A DNA stretch of 64,000 nt from Polyangiaceae bacterium (lineage in GTDB: Bacteria; Myxococcota_A; Polyangia; Polyangiales; Polyangiaceae). Positions 28,705 through 38,609 of the stretch are shown here, one piece after another (within the stretch, counting starts at the first letter, position 1; every line of letters begins with the position of its first letter). Under the pieces are notes generated by a model. The model saw only the letters and a program-made list of their open reading frames with translations. It ran no database searches and had not been told where the DNA came from. Made by a program: the position numbers and the translations under genes. Where the stretch lies: NCBI GenBank assembly GCA_965222375.1, contig CBDCTZ010000016.1, positions 3,296,001 through 3,360,000 on the forward strand, written 5' to 3'.

Positions 28705-29883
28705 ATGGACCCCCGCTACTTGAGCCTACAAAACCGGGACGTAGGCCCCGCGGAGACGGGCGAGTTCGAACCCCTCGAGATCGGTCCGCTTCGGGTCTGG
28801 CCGCCAGTAGTGTTGGCGCCCATGGCCGGAGTGACCAACTATCCGTTTCGAGCCATGTGCCGCCAGTTTGGCGCGGGCCTCTACGTCAGCGAGATGATCA
28901 CTGCGCGCCCGCTGGTCGAAGGGCGAGAGAAGACCCTGAAGCTGTCGGATTTCGGGCCGGATGAGATCCCGCGTTCACTGCAGCTGTACGGCGTCGACCC
29001 CCACTACGTGGGTGAGGCCGTAAAGCGTCTAGTTGGCGAAGGGCGCGTCGACCACATCGACATGAATTTCGGCTGCCCCGTGCGCAAAGTGACCCGCAAG
29101 GGCGGCGGCGCTGCCATCCCCGTGAAGCCGAGATTGCTGGCAGCGATCGTGCGCGCTGCCGTCGGCGGAGCCGGACGTATTCCGGTGACGATCAAGTTTC
29201 GCAAAGGCATTGATGACAGCCTGCTGACCTACCTGAGGACGGGTGAGATCGCCGAAAGCGAAGGTTGCGCCGCGGTCGGCCTGCACGCCCGGACTGCAGC
29301 ACAACTCTACGATGGCGCCGCGGACTGGGATGCGATTGCGCAGCTAAAAGCCCACGTGAACATCCCGGTGCTCGGAAATGGCGACATCTGGGAGGCCGGT
29401 GATGCTCTGCGCATGATGCGGACAACCGGATGCGATGGCGTCATCGTGGGACGTGGCTGCCTGGGCAGGCCGTGGCTGTTTCGGGATCTCGCCGATGCGT
29501 TTCAGGGTCGGGCCCCACGCAATCCGCCCACGCTCGGCGAGGTAGTGACGGTGATGGTGGAACATGCGGAGCGCCTGGCCGCGTGGTTCGGAGAAAGCCC
29601 CGCCATGCGCCAGTTCCGCCGACACGCGACTTGGTACACCAAGGGCTTTCGCGGGAGCGCGGCTTTGCGCGGCAGGCTAATGCTTGTGCGGACGCTTGCG
29701 GAGCTGCGGGATGTCCTCGCGCAGCTGGACGCCTCTGAACCCTTTCCGCCAAGCGCTATGCGGGTTCCGCGAGGCAAGGCCGCAGGGACTCAGCAGGTTT
29801 CACTGCCCGACGGTTATCTGGACGATCTGGAGGACGCGACGGTTCCGGCAGCCGCGGCTGAGGACGCCTTTAGCGGCGGATGA
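28705..29883 (+). CDS. dusB: tRNA-dihydrouridine synthase
   Basis: LAPMAGVT, SLQLYG, DMNFGCP, LHART, GNGDI and GRG.LGRPW. Confidence 0.92.
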   Translation: MDPRYLSLQNRDVGPAETGEFEPLEIGPLRVWPPVVLAPMAGVTNYPFRAMCRQFGAGLYVSEMITARPLVEGREKTLKLSDFGPDEIPRSLQLYGVDPHYVGEAVKRLVGEGRVDHIDMNFGCPVRKVTRKGGGAAIPVKPRLLAAIVRAAVGGAGRIPVTIKFRKGIDDSLLTYLRTGEIAESEGCAAVGLHARTAAQLYDGAADWDAIAQLKAHVNIPVLGNGDIWEAGDALRMMRTTGCDGVIVGRGCLGRPWLFRDLADAFQGRAPRNPPTLGEVVTVMVEHAERLAAWFGESPAMRQFRRHATWYTKGFRGSAALRGRLMLVRTLAELRDVLAQLDASEPFPPSAMRVPRGKAAGTQQVSLPDGYLDDLEDATVPAAAAEDAFSGG

Positions 29884-29970
29884 GCCGGAAATGCAAGGCC
29901 TTTTCCCTGTGCCTCTCGGGGACTGGTCCTGACCCGCGTCTGAGGTAGACTGCCCACCGGGACGGACGGG

Positions 29971-30498
29971 ATGCGGGCGATGCAAGCAGTGACCGAGGCG
30001 CTGGGTTGGCGTTGGATGCCAGCAGTGGGCTTGACGGGCGGGGCGTTGCTCTTCGCAGTCACCGTCGCATTGGTCATGCCCCCCAAGTTGGGTGGAGGCG
30101 GCGCCAACGCGCTCGTCATCGCGGGGGACGACGACGACGATCGCTCATCCGTGAGCACTACGATGCGGCCGCCGCCCAAACGCACGTTGCCCAAGCGGCC
30201 CATGGAGCGCGCGCGGCCAGCTTTTGCGGCGCGCGCGCCAGTACCCGCTCGCGCACCATCGCCTCCGCCTGCACCTCCCCCAGCGGAAGTCGCGCCCCCG
30301 CCGCCTCCGCCCCCCCCGCCTCCACCACCCGCGGCGGAGCCTCCCCCCTTGATCCCAGCTCATGACCGTGAGGCGCTCGCCGCTCAGGAAGCGGGACGCA
30401 AGCCCGCAGCGGCCGGCGTCGTTACGCCGCGCGCTCTCGCAGCCCCCCTGCGTGTATTGAAGTCGGCGGAAACGCCGCCGCCTCCAAGCCAGGATTGA
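29971..30498 (+). CDS. Proline-rich single-pass membrane protein
   Basis: N-terminal TM segment followed by a poly-Pro region. Confidence 0.6.
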   Translation: MRAMQAVTEALGWRWMPAVGLTGGALLFAVTVALVMPPKLGGGGANALVIAGDDDDDRSSVSTTMRPPPKRTLPKRPMERARPAFAARAPVPARAPSPPPAPPPAEVAPPPPPPPPPPPPAAEPPPLIPAHDREALAAQEAGRKPAAAGVVTPRALAAPLRVLKSAETPPPPSQD

Positions 30499-30504
30499 GA
30501 CGTC

Positions 30505-30867
30505 TCAGCGCCCACGCAAGCGACGCATGGCACGTGCTTCCGCTTTCGTGGGCCGGCCGGCGCCTCGCGCTCGAAAGACTGGCCGCTCCTCCCTCGGCGG
30601 AGGCGGAGGTGATTGGTCCTCGAAAAGCTCCCGCGCCAAAGCCGGAGAAAGCCGCTTTTCCCACACCTTTTTGACGATGGCGATGACTTGTCCCCGAGGA
30701 GCTACCGCTTCGACGCGATCCCCGATCCGCACCGCGTGGCTCGGACGAACGGAGTTGCCGTTGATCTTCACGTGCCCACCGCTACACGCGTCAGTAGCCA
30801 ACGTGCGCGATTTGTAGATCCGGGCTGCGGACAACCAGCGATCGATGCGAACCGACTCGTCAGACAC
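30505..30867 (-). CDS. hslR: Ribosome-associated heat shock protein Hsp15 (S4 domain)
   Basis: VRIDRWL.AARIYKSR.LA...C.GG.V and C-terminal GAGRPTK..R. Start is GTG 30867 or ATG 30879. Confidence 0.9.
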   Translation of the reverse strand: MSDESVRIDRWLSAARIYKSRTLATDACSGGHVKINGNSVRPSHAVRIGDRVEAVAPRGQVIAIVKKVWEKRLSPALARELFEDQSPPPPPREERPVFRARGAGRPTKAEARAMRRLRGR

Positions 30868-30895
30868 CGCAGTCAGCATAGCAAAGCCCTTGGCG

Positions 30896-32245
30896 GTGGT
30901 GCGCGAACTCCTTCGCCTCACCTGGCCCGCGGTGATGACGAGTCTGCTTCAGACCCTCGTGTTTCTGGTCGACCGCGTGCTTCTGGGCCGCTACGGCCAA
31001 GATGCGCTTGCCTCCATGCAAGTCCAGGGCCCCTTGGTCTGGTCACTATTCAGCGTGCTCTCCGGGGCGGTTGTGGGGGTCGTGCCCCTGGTGGCGCGGC
31101 ACGTTGGCGCAAACTCGAGGGGCAAGGCGCGAGACGTCATTCGTGCGGGGGTGCTGCTGTCACTCGTTCTGGGGCTCGGGTTGGCACTGGCGCTTTCGCT
31201 TTCATTGGGGGGCATCGTCCATATCCTGGGGCCGGAGGACCAGGGTGTGCGTCGCCTGTCCGAGCAGTATCTGGCTGTCGTGGTTTGGGCATTGCCCCCG
31301 ATGTTCCTGGCGACCACTGCTGCGCTGTGCCTGAGTGCAGCTGGGAATACGCGTACGCCCTTCATCGTGGGTCTGGTTTCCAACGGCGTGAACGTCGCCG
31401 TGAGTTTCGTGCTCATTTTCGGGATCCCCACGGAAGGGGGCCGAATCCTCGAACTCGGGGTTCGGGGCGCCGCGATTGGGTCGGCCGTGGCGCTCGCCCT
31501 CGAGGCGGTGTTGTTGTTCTTTGCTCTGAAAGCTCAGCTGGACCTGCGCTTCGCGTGGGGGCGAGAGCTCTGGCGAAGGGTGTCACGGTCGCTATCCAGC
31601 GTTCTGTCGATCAGTACGCCCGCCGTTGGGGAGCGAATTGCGATTCATCTGGGATTCCTGGCGTATGTAGCGGTCATCAACGCCTTGGGTCCGCTGGTGA
31701 TGGCGAGCAATCAGGCGCTCATCACATTGGAGGCCGTGTGCTTCATGACGGCCGACGGATTCGGCATCGCTGCCGCTGCCGTCGTTGGCCAATCCCTGGG
31801 CAGAAAAGACGCCGGCGCGGCGCGGCTCGCGGGGTTCGTTGCGGCCGCAATAGCCGCAGCAGTGTTGTCGTTCTTCGGGCTGGTTCTTTGGCTGCTGGGG
31901 CCGACTTTGTTTGCGGGCTTCACTCCCGCGGGCGTGAGCGGCATCGAGCTGAGGCGGGAGGCGACGCGGGCCCTCCCGCTCTTGATGGCGGCGCAGCCAT
32001 TCATGGCGCTTTCCATCGTGCTCAGTCAGGCCTTGCGTGGCGCCGGAGATACGCGGTCCCCCCTGATCGCGGCGGTGCTGTTCGGCTTGGTCGCGCGGGT
32101 CGGTCTAGCTTGGTATTGGGGGATTGTCCAAGACCTCGGGATCATGGCGATTTGGAGCGCGAGCCTGGTTGACTGGGTGTGCCGCGCGGCTTTCGTCTTC
32201 GGGGTTTTTGCCAGAGGCCGCTGGCGGCGGGTCGAGATTTCGTGA
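30896..32245 (+). CDS. MATE family efflux transporter
   Basis: About 12 TMs, with LTWPA, G.TRTP, GVRGAAIGS and LRGAGDTRSP. Start uncertain (track gives 30845). Confidence 0.9.
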   Translation: MVRELLRLTWPAVMTSLLQTLVFLVDRVLLGRYGQDALASMQVQGPLVWSLFSVLSGAVVGVVPLVARHVGANSRGKARDVIRAGVLLSLVLGLGLALALSLSLGGIVHILGPEDQGVRRLSEQYLAVVVWALPPMFLATTAALCLSAAGNTRTPFIVGLVSNGVNVAVSFVLIFGIPTEGGRILELGVRGAAIGSAVALALEAVLLFFALKAQLDLRFAWGRELWRRVSRSLSSVLSISTPAVGERIAIHLGFLAYVAVINALGPLVMASNQALITLEAVCFMTADGFGIAAAAVVGQSLGRKDAGAARLAGFVAAAIAAAVLSFFGLVLWLLGPTLFAGFTPAGVSGIELRREATRALPLLMAAQPFMALSIVLSQALRGAGDTRSPLIAAVLFGLVARVGLAWYWGIVQDLGIMAIWSASLVDWVCRAAFVFGVFARGRWRRVEIS

Positions 32246-32326
32246 TGCGCGAACTTGGCCCTGTGGGGCTAGGGCAGGAGACAATTTCGCCTCGCGCGTC
32301 ATCCGACCGCGAAGGAGGCTCGGAAC

Positions 32327-33058
32327 ATGTTGCTCGCTCAGTCCGCCGTACACGCACCGCCAAAGCGCCCACCTCCGCTGTGGTACGTGACGAACGGGGA
32401 GACCACCGTTGGCCCCGTCCGCTCCGAGCTCTTGGTTCGAGGTGTCTGGCACGATCGAATCCCCGAGGACTGTCACGTTCGCGAATCGCGCTGGAAGAGC
32501 TGGCGCTGCCTCTCGGAAATCCGGGAAGTGGCGGCGGTGAAGCGCGCCAAGCGACACGGCTTCGATGCTCCGCGTCTGCGGCGACCGGTACTCACCTTCG
32601 ACCGATTCCATGCCAGGTTTCGCCACGCCAGTGACGCCAGCGAAGTACTGCTGCTGCTCCTGGCAGAAGCCATGGATCGGACCCGGGCCAGCTACGGCAT
32701 GATCCATCGCGCACGAGAGCGCTTCGGTGCCCCGGTCATCTCCTACGCCCGGGGGCCGGGAATGAGTGAAATGCTCGGTCAGACCGTCGAAACCAACGAC
32801 GCGTCTCTCGCGGTCGCCCGGATGGGAAAGATCGTCTACGGACCGCCAGCTCACGGATTTGTCGAACGCACCATTGCCTTGCGAATCGGAGCGCCGCGTC
32901 AACTCTCGGGGGTGGCCATGATTCCCGTGACAACTGCACAGCACCTCCTCGCAGTGATGGAGTTGGGACGCCGAGACCATTCGTTCCGAGTGCAGGACGC
33001 CAAGACCCTCGCGTTTCTGGCTCGCGCCGCCGTATCGCGCCTCGAGCGTCGCGGCTGA
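32327..33058 (+). CDS. GYF_2 (DUF4339) domain plus GAF-like domain protein
   Basis: WYV.NG...GPV....L......I..D..V....W..W..LSEI, then a GAF-like tail (MIPV....LLAVMELGR...F...D...L). Confidence 0.7.
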   Translation: MLLAQSAVHAPPKRPPPLWYVTNGETTVGPVRSELLVRGVWHDRIPEDCHVRESRWKSWRCLSEIREVAAVKRAKRHGFDAPRLRRPVLTFDRFHARFRHASDASEVLLLLLAEAMDRTRASYGMIHRARERFGAPVISYARGPGMSEMLGQTVETNDASLAVARMGKIVYGPPAHGFVERTIALRIGAPRQLSGVAMIPVTTAQHLLAVMELGRRDHSFRVQDAKTLAFLARAAVSRLERRG

Positions 33059-33120
33059 GGGACTCCGCTGGCCCCTGCTGCCGCCGTATCGCGCCTCGAG
33101 CACGGCGGCCGAGGGACTCC
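33026..33120. repeat. 41-bp direct repeat duplicating the 3' end of the GYF_2 gene
   Basis: 33026-33066 and 33080-33120 are 37/41 identical. Confidence 0.85.
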
Positions 33121-33160
33121 TGCGGCGCGATAGTCCGCCGTTGGTGTAGGCTCAGTATGG

Positions 33161-36100
33161 TTGGACTCGTCCAGACTGCTCGCATCGCGTTTCGAACTGT
33201 CCCGCGTTGCCCATAGCGGCGGCATGGGCCAGTTGTTCGCCGGACTGGATCGGCAGACGGGCGAGGCCGTAGCGATCAAGATGGCGCTACCGGTGCCGGG
33301 CGCGTCTGAGCTGCTGAGTTGGGAAGCGCGAACTCTCGCGCTACTCGACCACCCATCCGTGGTCCGATACGTGGCTCACGGAGAATCGAGCAGCGCGCTG
33401 CCCTACCTGGTGATGGAGTGGCTCGACGGCGAGAGTCTGGCTGGTGTCTTGGGGCGGGGACCACTGCCCGTACAGGACGTGATCGAGATTGGGATCCGGG
33501 GTGCGGCCGCGCTCGCGCACCTACACGGCCGCGACCTGATTCACCGTGACTTTTCGCCGGCAAACATCGTGCTCCGCGCTGGGCGGGCCGACCACGCCAA
33601 ACTCGTCGATTTCGGTATCGCCCTGCCTCAACGAGAAAGCCCAAGTGAGGCGAAGTTCGTGGGGTCACCGTCCTACGCTTCGCCGGAGCAAGCCGCCGGC
33701 GTGGCCGAACTCGACCCACGATCCGACCTGTTCTCGCTAGGCGCAGTGCTCTACGAAGCCATCACCGGGAAGGTCGCCTTCGACGGCAAGAACGCCCTGG
33801 CAGTGCTCGCGAAGGTTGCCCTGTCAGAACCGGATTTTCGAATTCTCTCGAACCTGGCCCCGCCTGGGCTCTGCCAACTCGTTCGCGCACTGCTTCGCAA
33901 GTCACGGGACGAGCGCCCAATTTCTGCCAACCACGTGGCAGAAATGCTTGCGGAGCTGTCTTTTGCGCGTCCGTCGCTTCGCTCGAGTCGGCACGAAGTG
34001 TCAGCGGTCACGACGGCGGAACGTCGCCTGGTCACGGTCGTAGTGGCGCGACAGCAGTCGGAGCCTCCCACGCCTTTCATCCCGCAGCCCTCGCTAGCCA
34101 GGGATGCGCTCGTCGCGGCGATCGATGGCAGAAGTACTGCGCTCGCATTTCTCGGCCGCGGGTCGGCGTCGGACCAAGCGCGTCACGCCGTCCGATTGGC
34201 CGCAGATCTGGCGGAATCGGGACCTGTCGCGGTGGCCAGCGGCTGGGCCAACCTGAGCGATGACAATGCCGTCCCCAGCGAGTGGATCGACCGCAGCGTG
34301 CAACTGCTGGCTGAGGCCCCCGGAGAGGTGCGCCTCGACGAAACGACCGCAGGTTTGGTGTCGAGCCACGTGCCCATCCAGACCGTGGATGCGTGCTACC
34401 GCCTCACTCGAGACACCGAGCCGCCCCGAGGCAGCACCAAGCGGACGGCTCCGCTGCTGGGCCGCGAGCGTGAGCTTCGCACGTTGCGAGCCGTCGTTGC
34501 CGATGCCCTGGAAACGCCTCGGGCCTTGGCCGTTCTGGTCAGCGGGCCCGCCGGGATCGGCAAGAGCAAGCTCGCACGGGAGTTCTATTCAGAGCTCTCC
34601 AGCACCGAGAGCCCGCCGCAGCTCGTGCAGCTCAGCGCCGATCCACTACGCGAGAATTCTCCCCTGGCGCTGGCCCACGAGTTCGTGCGCGAGGTGCTCG
34701 ACCTGCGCCAGCATGCCACGCCGACGGAGCGCGTCGCCGAGATCGCAAAGACAATCGAAGCATTGAACTGCCCAAGCGCCGCCCAAACGACGGGCTTTCT
34801 ATGTGAAATCCTCGGGCTCGGGGATGCGACGGTCGCTAGTCACGAGCTTGCAGCGGCCCGCCAGGATCCGGTTCTGATGGGGGACCAAATCAAAGCGGCG
34901 CTGACTCGTCTGGTCGAGACTTTGTGTAGTCGCCACCCTCTCGTGATCGGGATTGACGACCTGCACTGGGCAGACGGTGCGACGCTACAGCTACTCGATG
35001 ACGTGCTCCGGGTAGCATTGGACCTGCCCTTCGCCATCGTCGGTCTGACCCGACCCGAGCTGCATGAGCGACTGCCAGACCTGTGGCGCAGTCACGATCT
35101 GCAGGAGATCCGTGTGACCGAGCTGACTCGCCGCGCCAGCCGCCGCCTCGTGGCTCATCTCCTCGGCGGGGAGGGGGACGAGACAGCGGTGGAGTGGATG
35201 GTCGAGACGGCCGCGGGAAACGCGTTCTATCTCGAGGAGCTGGTGCGCGCGCACCGCGCTGGGCGAGGTCGAGACGTGCCCGGCAGCATCGTGGCGATGG
35301 TGCAAAATCGCCTAGAAGACATGGAGCCGGAAGCACGTCGGGTTCTGCGAGCCGCTAGCGTGTTTGGTGCTCACTTCTGGCCCGCAGGGGTGGTCGCGCT
35401 CGTCGGGGGCGATGTGGTCGAAGATGACGTTGCGGCGTGGCTGTCCACGTTGGAAGAGCGCGAACTGGTTGAGGCAAGCGCGGAGAGTCGCCTGCCCGAC
35501 CAAACAGAATACCAGTTCCGCCACGCTCTGATTCGGGATGCCGCCTACGCGACCCTGACAGATCTCGATCGACGCTCGGCGCATATGTCCGCAGCACAGT
35601 GGCTGGAGGCAGCGGGCGAATTGGACGCTTCCACGCTGGCGGAACACTACGAACTAGGCGGGCAGCCAGAGGCCTCGGGACCCTTTTGGCACCGCGCCGC
35701 GGTACTGGCGTTGGAAGGAAACGACTTTGCGGCCGCCGCAATGCATGCGGATCGAGGCTTGGCGAGTTCCACCAACAGCGCTTTGACCGGGGCGCTTCTA
35801 TCTTCGGCCGCCGAAGCCGAGCGGCTGCGAGGCGACCTGGACCGCGCTGCACTTCTGTCAGCAAGGGCCCTCGAGATACTGGAGTGCGGCAGCGGTCGCT
35901 GGTTCGCTTGCGTGGGGGAGCGTGCCTTGGTCCTACAACGGCTCGGCAACCGCGAAGAGCTGAGCAAGCTTGCTGAGCAGCTGTTGGGTGCCTCCTCGCT
36001 GCCGGGCGCCTCGGAAAACGGCGCTTGGGCCAAGCTGAGGACCGCCCTGGCCTGCTTTCGCGTAGGCGAATTGACCTTGTCCAGGACATGTTGGGACGAA

Positions 36101-36940
36101 GTCGCGGAGCTACCCGAGCTGTCCAGCCCGCTCGTCTTGGCCTGGCGCCACGCCGTTGCGGCCATCTTCGCGCTCAGCTCTGGGGACCGCGGAGAGTATC
36201 TGCAGGAAGCGGAAGCATGCCGCGCCCGCTACGAGCAGATCGGGGATCGTCGCGCCGTTCTGGAGCAAACAATCAATTTGGGCAGCGCCTACGTCGAACT
36301 CGGGCGTGCCGAGCAAGCGGAGCAAATGCTTCGCGCTGCTCTGGTCGAGGCCAAGCATCTTCACTTGGAGCACCTGGCCGCCGGTGCACAGCACAACCTC
36401 GGCCTGGCCCTGGGGCGGATGGGAAGATTCGAAGAAGCTCTTGCGCTCGAGCACGAGGCCCTCGCGAACTTCCAGCGTCACGATCGCCGGTTGGAGGGCG
36501 GAGCCCGCGTGTCGATGGCGCTGATCGCGCTTTGGGCACAGGATTTCGAACTCGGTCAGCGCGAGGCCGAACTCGGTCTCGCGATGCTGCGCAGCGCCGC
36601 TCCGCCCCTGGTACCCGTGGCGCTGGCGACTCTGGCCGCTGTCGAATTGGCCCAAGGGCGCGCTTCCGCGGCCTTAGCAGGTTGCGTCGAAGCCCAAGAT
36701 CTGGTGCGTGCCGCTGGCGGCGTCGAATACGGTGAATCGCTGTTGGCGCTGACGCACGTCAAGGCCCTTGTCGCGCAGGGCAACTCCCACGAGGCCAAGG
36801 CCATCGCCACGACAGCGTCGCAGCGCCTGGTTCAACGGGCCGGTCGCCTCACCGATCCAGCGCTCCGCACCAGTTTTTTGGAGGACGTGCCGGAAAACCA
36901 GCAGCTTCGCAGGCTGGCGGCTGAACTGGCGACACCCTGA
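33161..36940 (+). CDS. Ser/Thr protein kinase fused to a degenerate cyclase-like segment, AAA/STAND ATPase and TPR region
   Basis: GGMG, VAIK, HRDFSPAN, DFG and YASPEQ kinase motifs. GPAGIGKS Walker A, IDDLHWAD Walker B, GNAFYLEE, FRHALIRD, then TPR-like C-terminus. Confidence 0.9.
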   Translation: MDSSRLLASRFELSRVAHSGGMGQLFAGLDRQTGEAVAIKMALPVPGASELLSWEARTLALLDHPSVVRYVAHGESSSALPYLVMEWLDGESLAGVLGRGPLPVQDVIEIGIRGAAALAHLHGRDLIHRDFSPANIVLRAGRADHAKLVDFGIALPQRESPSEAKFVGSPSYASPEQAAGVAELDPRSDLFSLGAVLYEAITGKVAFDGKNALAVLAKVALSEPDFRILSNLAPPGLCQLVRALLRKSRDERPISANHVAEMLAELSFARPSLRSSRHEVSAVTTAERRLVTVVVARQQSEPPTPFIPQPSLARDALVAAIDGRSTALAFLGRGSASDQARHAVRLAADLAESGPVAVASGWANLSDDNAVPSEWIDRSVQLLAEAPGEVRLDETTAGLVSSHVPIQTVDACYRLTRDTEPPRGSTKRTAPLLGRERELRTLRAVVADALETPRALAVLVSGPAGIGKSKLAREFYSELSSTESPPQLVQLSADPLRENSPLALAHEFVREVLDLRQHATPTERVAEIAKTIEALNCPSAAQTTGFLCEILGLGDATVASHELAAARQDPVLMGDQIKAALTRLVETLCSRHPLVIGIDDLHWADGATLQLLDDVLRVALDLPFAIVGLTRPELHERLPDLWRSHDLQEIRVTELTRRASRRLVAHLLGGEGDETAVEWMVETAAGNAFYLEELVRAHRAGRGRDVPGSIVAMVQNRLEDMEPEARRVLRAASVFGAHFWPAGVVALVGGDVVEDDVAAWLSTLEERELVEASAESRLPDQTEYQFRHALIRDAAYATLTDLDRRSAHMSAAQWLEAAGELDASTLAEHYELGGQPEASGPFWHRAAVLALEGNDFAAAAMHADRGLASSTNSALTGALLSSAAEAERLRGDLDRAALLSARALEILECGSGRWFACVGERALVLQRLGNREELSKLAEQLLGASSLPGASENGAWAKLRTALACFRVGELTLSRTCWDEVAELPELSSPLVLAWRHAVAAIFALSSGDRGEYLQEAEACRARYEQIGDRRAVLEQTINLGSAYVELGRAEQAEQMLRAALVEAKHLHLEHLAAGAQHNLGLALGRMGRFEEALALEHEALANFQRHDRRLEGGARVSMALIALWAQDFELGQREAELGLAMLRSAAPPLVPVALATLAAVELAQGRASAALAGCVEAQDLVRAAGGVEYGESLLALTHVKALVAQGNSHEAKAIATTASQRLVQRAGRLTDPALRTSFLEDVPENQQLRRLAAELATP

Positions 36941-37106
36941 GCAGCGGCCCCTTCGCGGCGCGGCTTCCCGTTCGATGCCGCATGCGGAATCATTAGTAAT
37001 TTCAATATATTATGAGGCTGCTCGCCCCGGGGTCTCGCCAAAACGATTCGAGGGGTAGCAGCTGACGAACACTTTTCCGGATCCTGCGGGCTAGACTGCC
37101 CTCCCA

Positions 37107-38480
37107 ATGCCCCGGGCGCCCTTCGATACCGTCCAGAGTTCTACGGTTGCGCTGGAACTCGAGCGAACGTTTGCAGCGAGCACATTCCGTCTCGTCGTGA
37201 TCGAGGGCTCCGATGCGGGCAAGGAATTCGTGCTCGACGGCGACACCGTTCTTCGGGTCGTGATTGGAACCAGCCCGGCTTGCGACGCGCGGCTCACGGA
37301 CCACAGCGTTTCCCGTCGACATGCGAGTGTCGAACTGACTGGCAGGCGTTTGCGGATCCGTGATCACGATTCCACCAACGGCACATTCGTCGATGGTGTC
37401 GCGGTCATGGACGCGTTCCTGCGTGGAGCTGAAATCGTTCGTGTCGGCGGCACGGCATTCCGGGTCGACGAGATTGGCCCCTATCGAGAACACAAACTGC
37501 CGGGTGGTGTGCAATTCGGGAGGGTCATCGGCGCCAGCCCGGCCATGCGCGTGCTCTACCCGCTCTGCGAGCGCCTCGCGAAGTCCGACGTGCCAGTCGT
37601 AATCGAGGGGGAAACTGGCACCGGCAAAGAACAACTGGCCGAGGCCCTCCATGAGCAAGGGGTCCGAACCAAGGGCCCCTTCGTCGTGTTCGATTGCACT
37701 GCCGTTGCTCCCAGCTTGATCGAGAGCGAGCTATTCGGTCACGAAAAGGGTGCCTTCACCGGCAGTGTCGGAACGCGGCGCGGCGTGTTCGAGCGAGCGG
37801 ATGGTGGCACTCTGCTGATTGACGAAATCGGTGACCTGCCCTTGGAGCTGCAGCCCAAGTTGCTCCGCGCCATCGAGCGTTCGGAGGTGACCCGAGTCGG
37901 TGGCGAGCGCCCGACTCGGGTCAACGTGCGCTTGCTTGCGGCCACGCGGCGGGATTTGGACCACGAAGTCGGGGCAGGGCGTTTTCGGGACGACCTCTTC
38001 CACCGAATCGCGGTGACGCGCATCGAACTGCCACCGCTGAGGGAGCGAGAGGGCGACCTGCGGCTGTTGGTTTCATTCTTCTGCGCGCAGATGAATGCCG
38101 ACGCGGAGGCAATCCCGCCCGAGCTGATGAAGCGATGGGAGGACTACAGCTGGCCAGGCAATGTGCGCGAGCTGCGCAACGCCGTCATGCGGCGCGTAGC
38201 CCTTGGGGATCTGGCCGATTCGGTGCCCACCGAGGAGTCTCCGGCCCAGGCACGCGCGATGGGTGCGCCCACCGCGCCCTTGAGCAACGATGCCATCGCC
38301 CGCGTGCTTGCGTCAGACCTGCCCTTGGCGGAGGCGCGGCAAAAGCTCGTAGACGAATTCGAGGCGCGCTACGTGGAGCATGTCCTCGAGCAGCACGGCG
38401 GCAACGTAACCCGCGCGGCAGCTGCGGCCGGCGTGGCTCGCCGCCACCTGCAGCGACTCAAGGCTAAATCCGGGCGCTGA
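37107..38480 (+). CDS. FHA-domain sigma-54 enhancer-binding transcriptional activator
   Basis: FHA (VSRRHA, STNGT), GETGTGKE, ESELFGHEKGAFTG, LIDEIG, WPGNVREL and a C-terminal Fis-type HTH. Confidence 0.95.
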   Translation: MPRAPFDTVQSSTVALELERTFAASTFRLVVIEGSDAGKEFVLDGDTVLRVVIGTSPACDARLTDHSVSRRHASVELTGRRLRIRDHDSTNGTFVDGVAVMDAFLRGAEIVRVGGTAFRVDEIGPYREHKLPGGVQFGRVIGASPAMRVLYPLCERLAKSDVPVVIEGETGTGKEQLAEALHEQGVRTKGPFVVFDCTAVAPSLIESELFGHEKGAFTGSVGTRRGVFERADGGTLLIDEIGDLPLELQPKLLRAIERSEVTRVGGERPTRVNVRLLAATRRDLDHEVGAGRFRDDLFHRIAVTRIELPPLREREGDLRLLVSFFCAQMNADAEAIPPELMKRWEDYSWPGNVRELRNAVMRRVALGDLADSVPTEESPAQARAMGAPTAPLSNDAIARVLASDLPLAEARQKLVDEFEARYVEHVLEQHGGNVTRAAAAAGVARRHLQRLKAKSGR

Positions 38481-38609
38481 TTCCTCCCATCCCAGCCGCG
38501 CGTTCAAACCCGCTTCTTGGCGCCGCTTCGCTGCAGAGGATTCACAGGAGGCGGGAAGGTTGGGAAGGAAGAGGCTTGGGTCTGTTCGGATTTGTAGCTC
38601 CAAACTACA

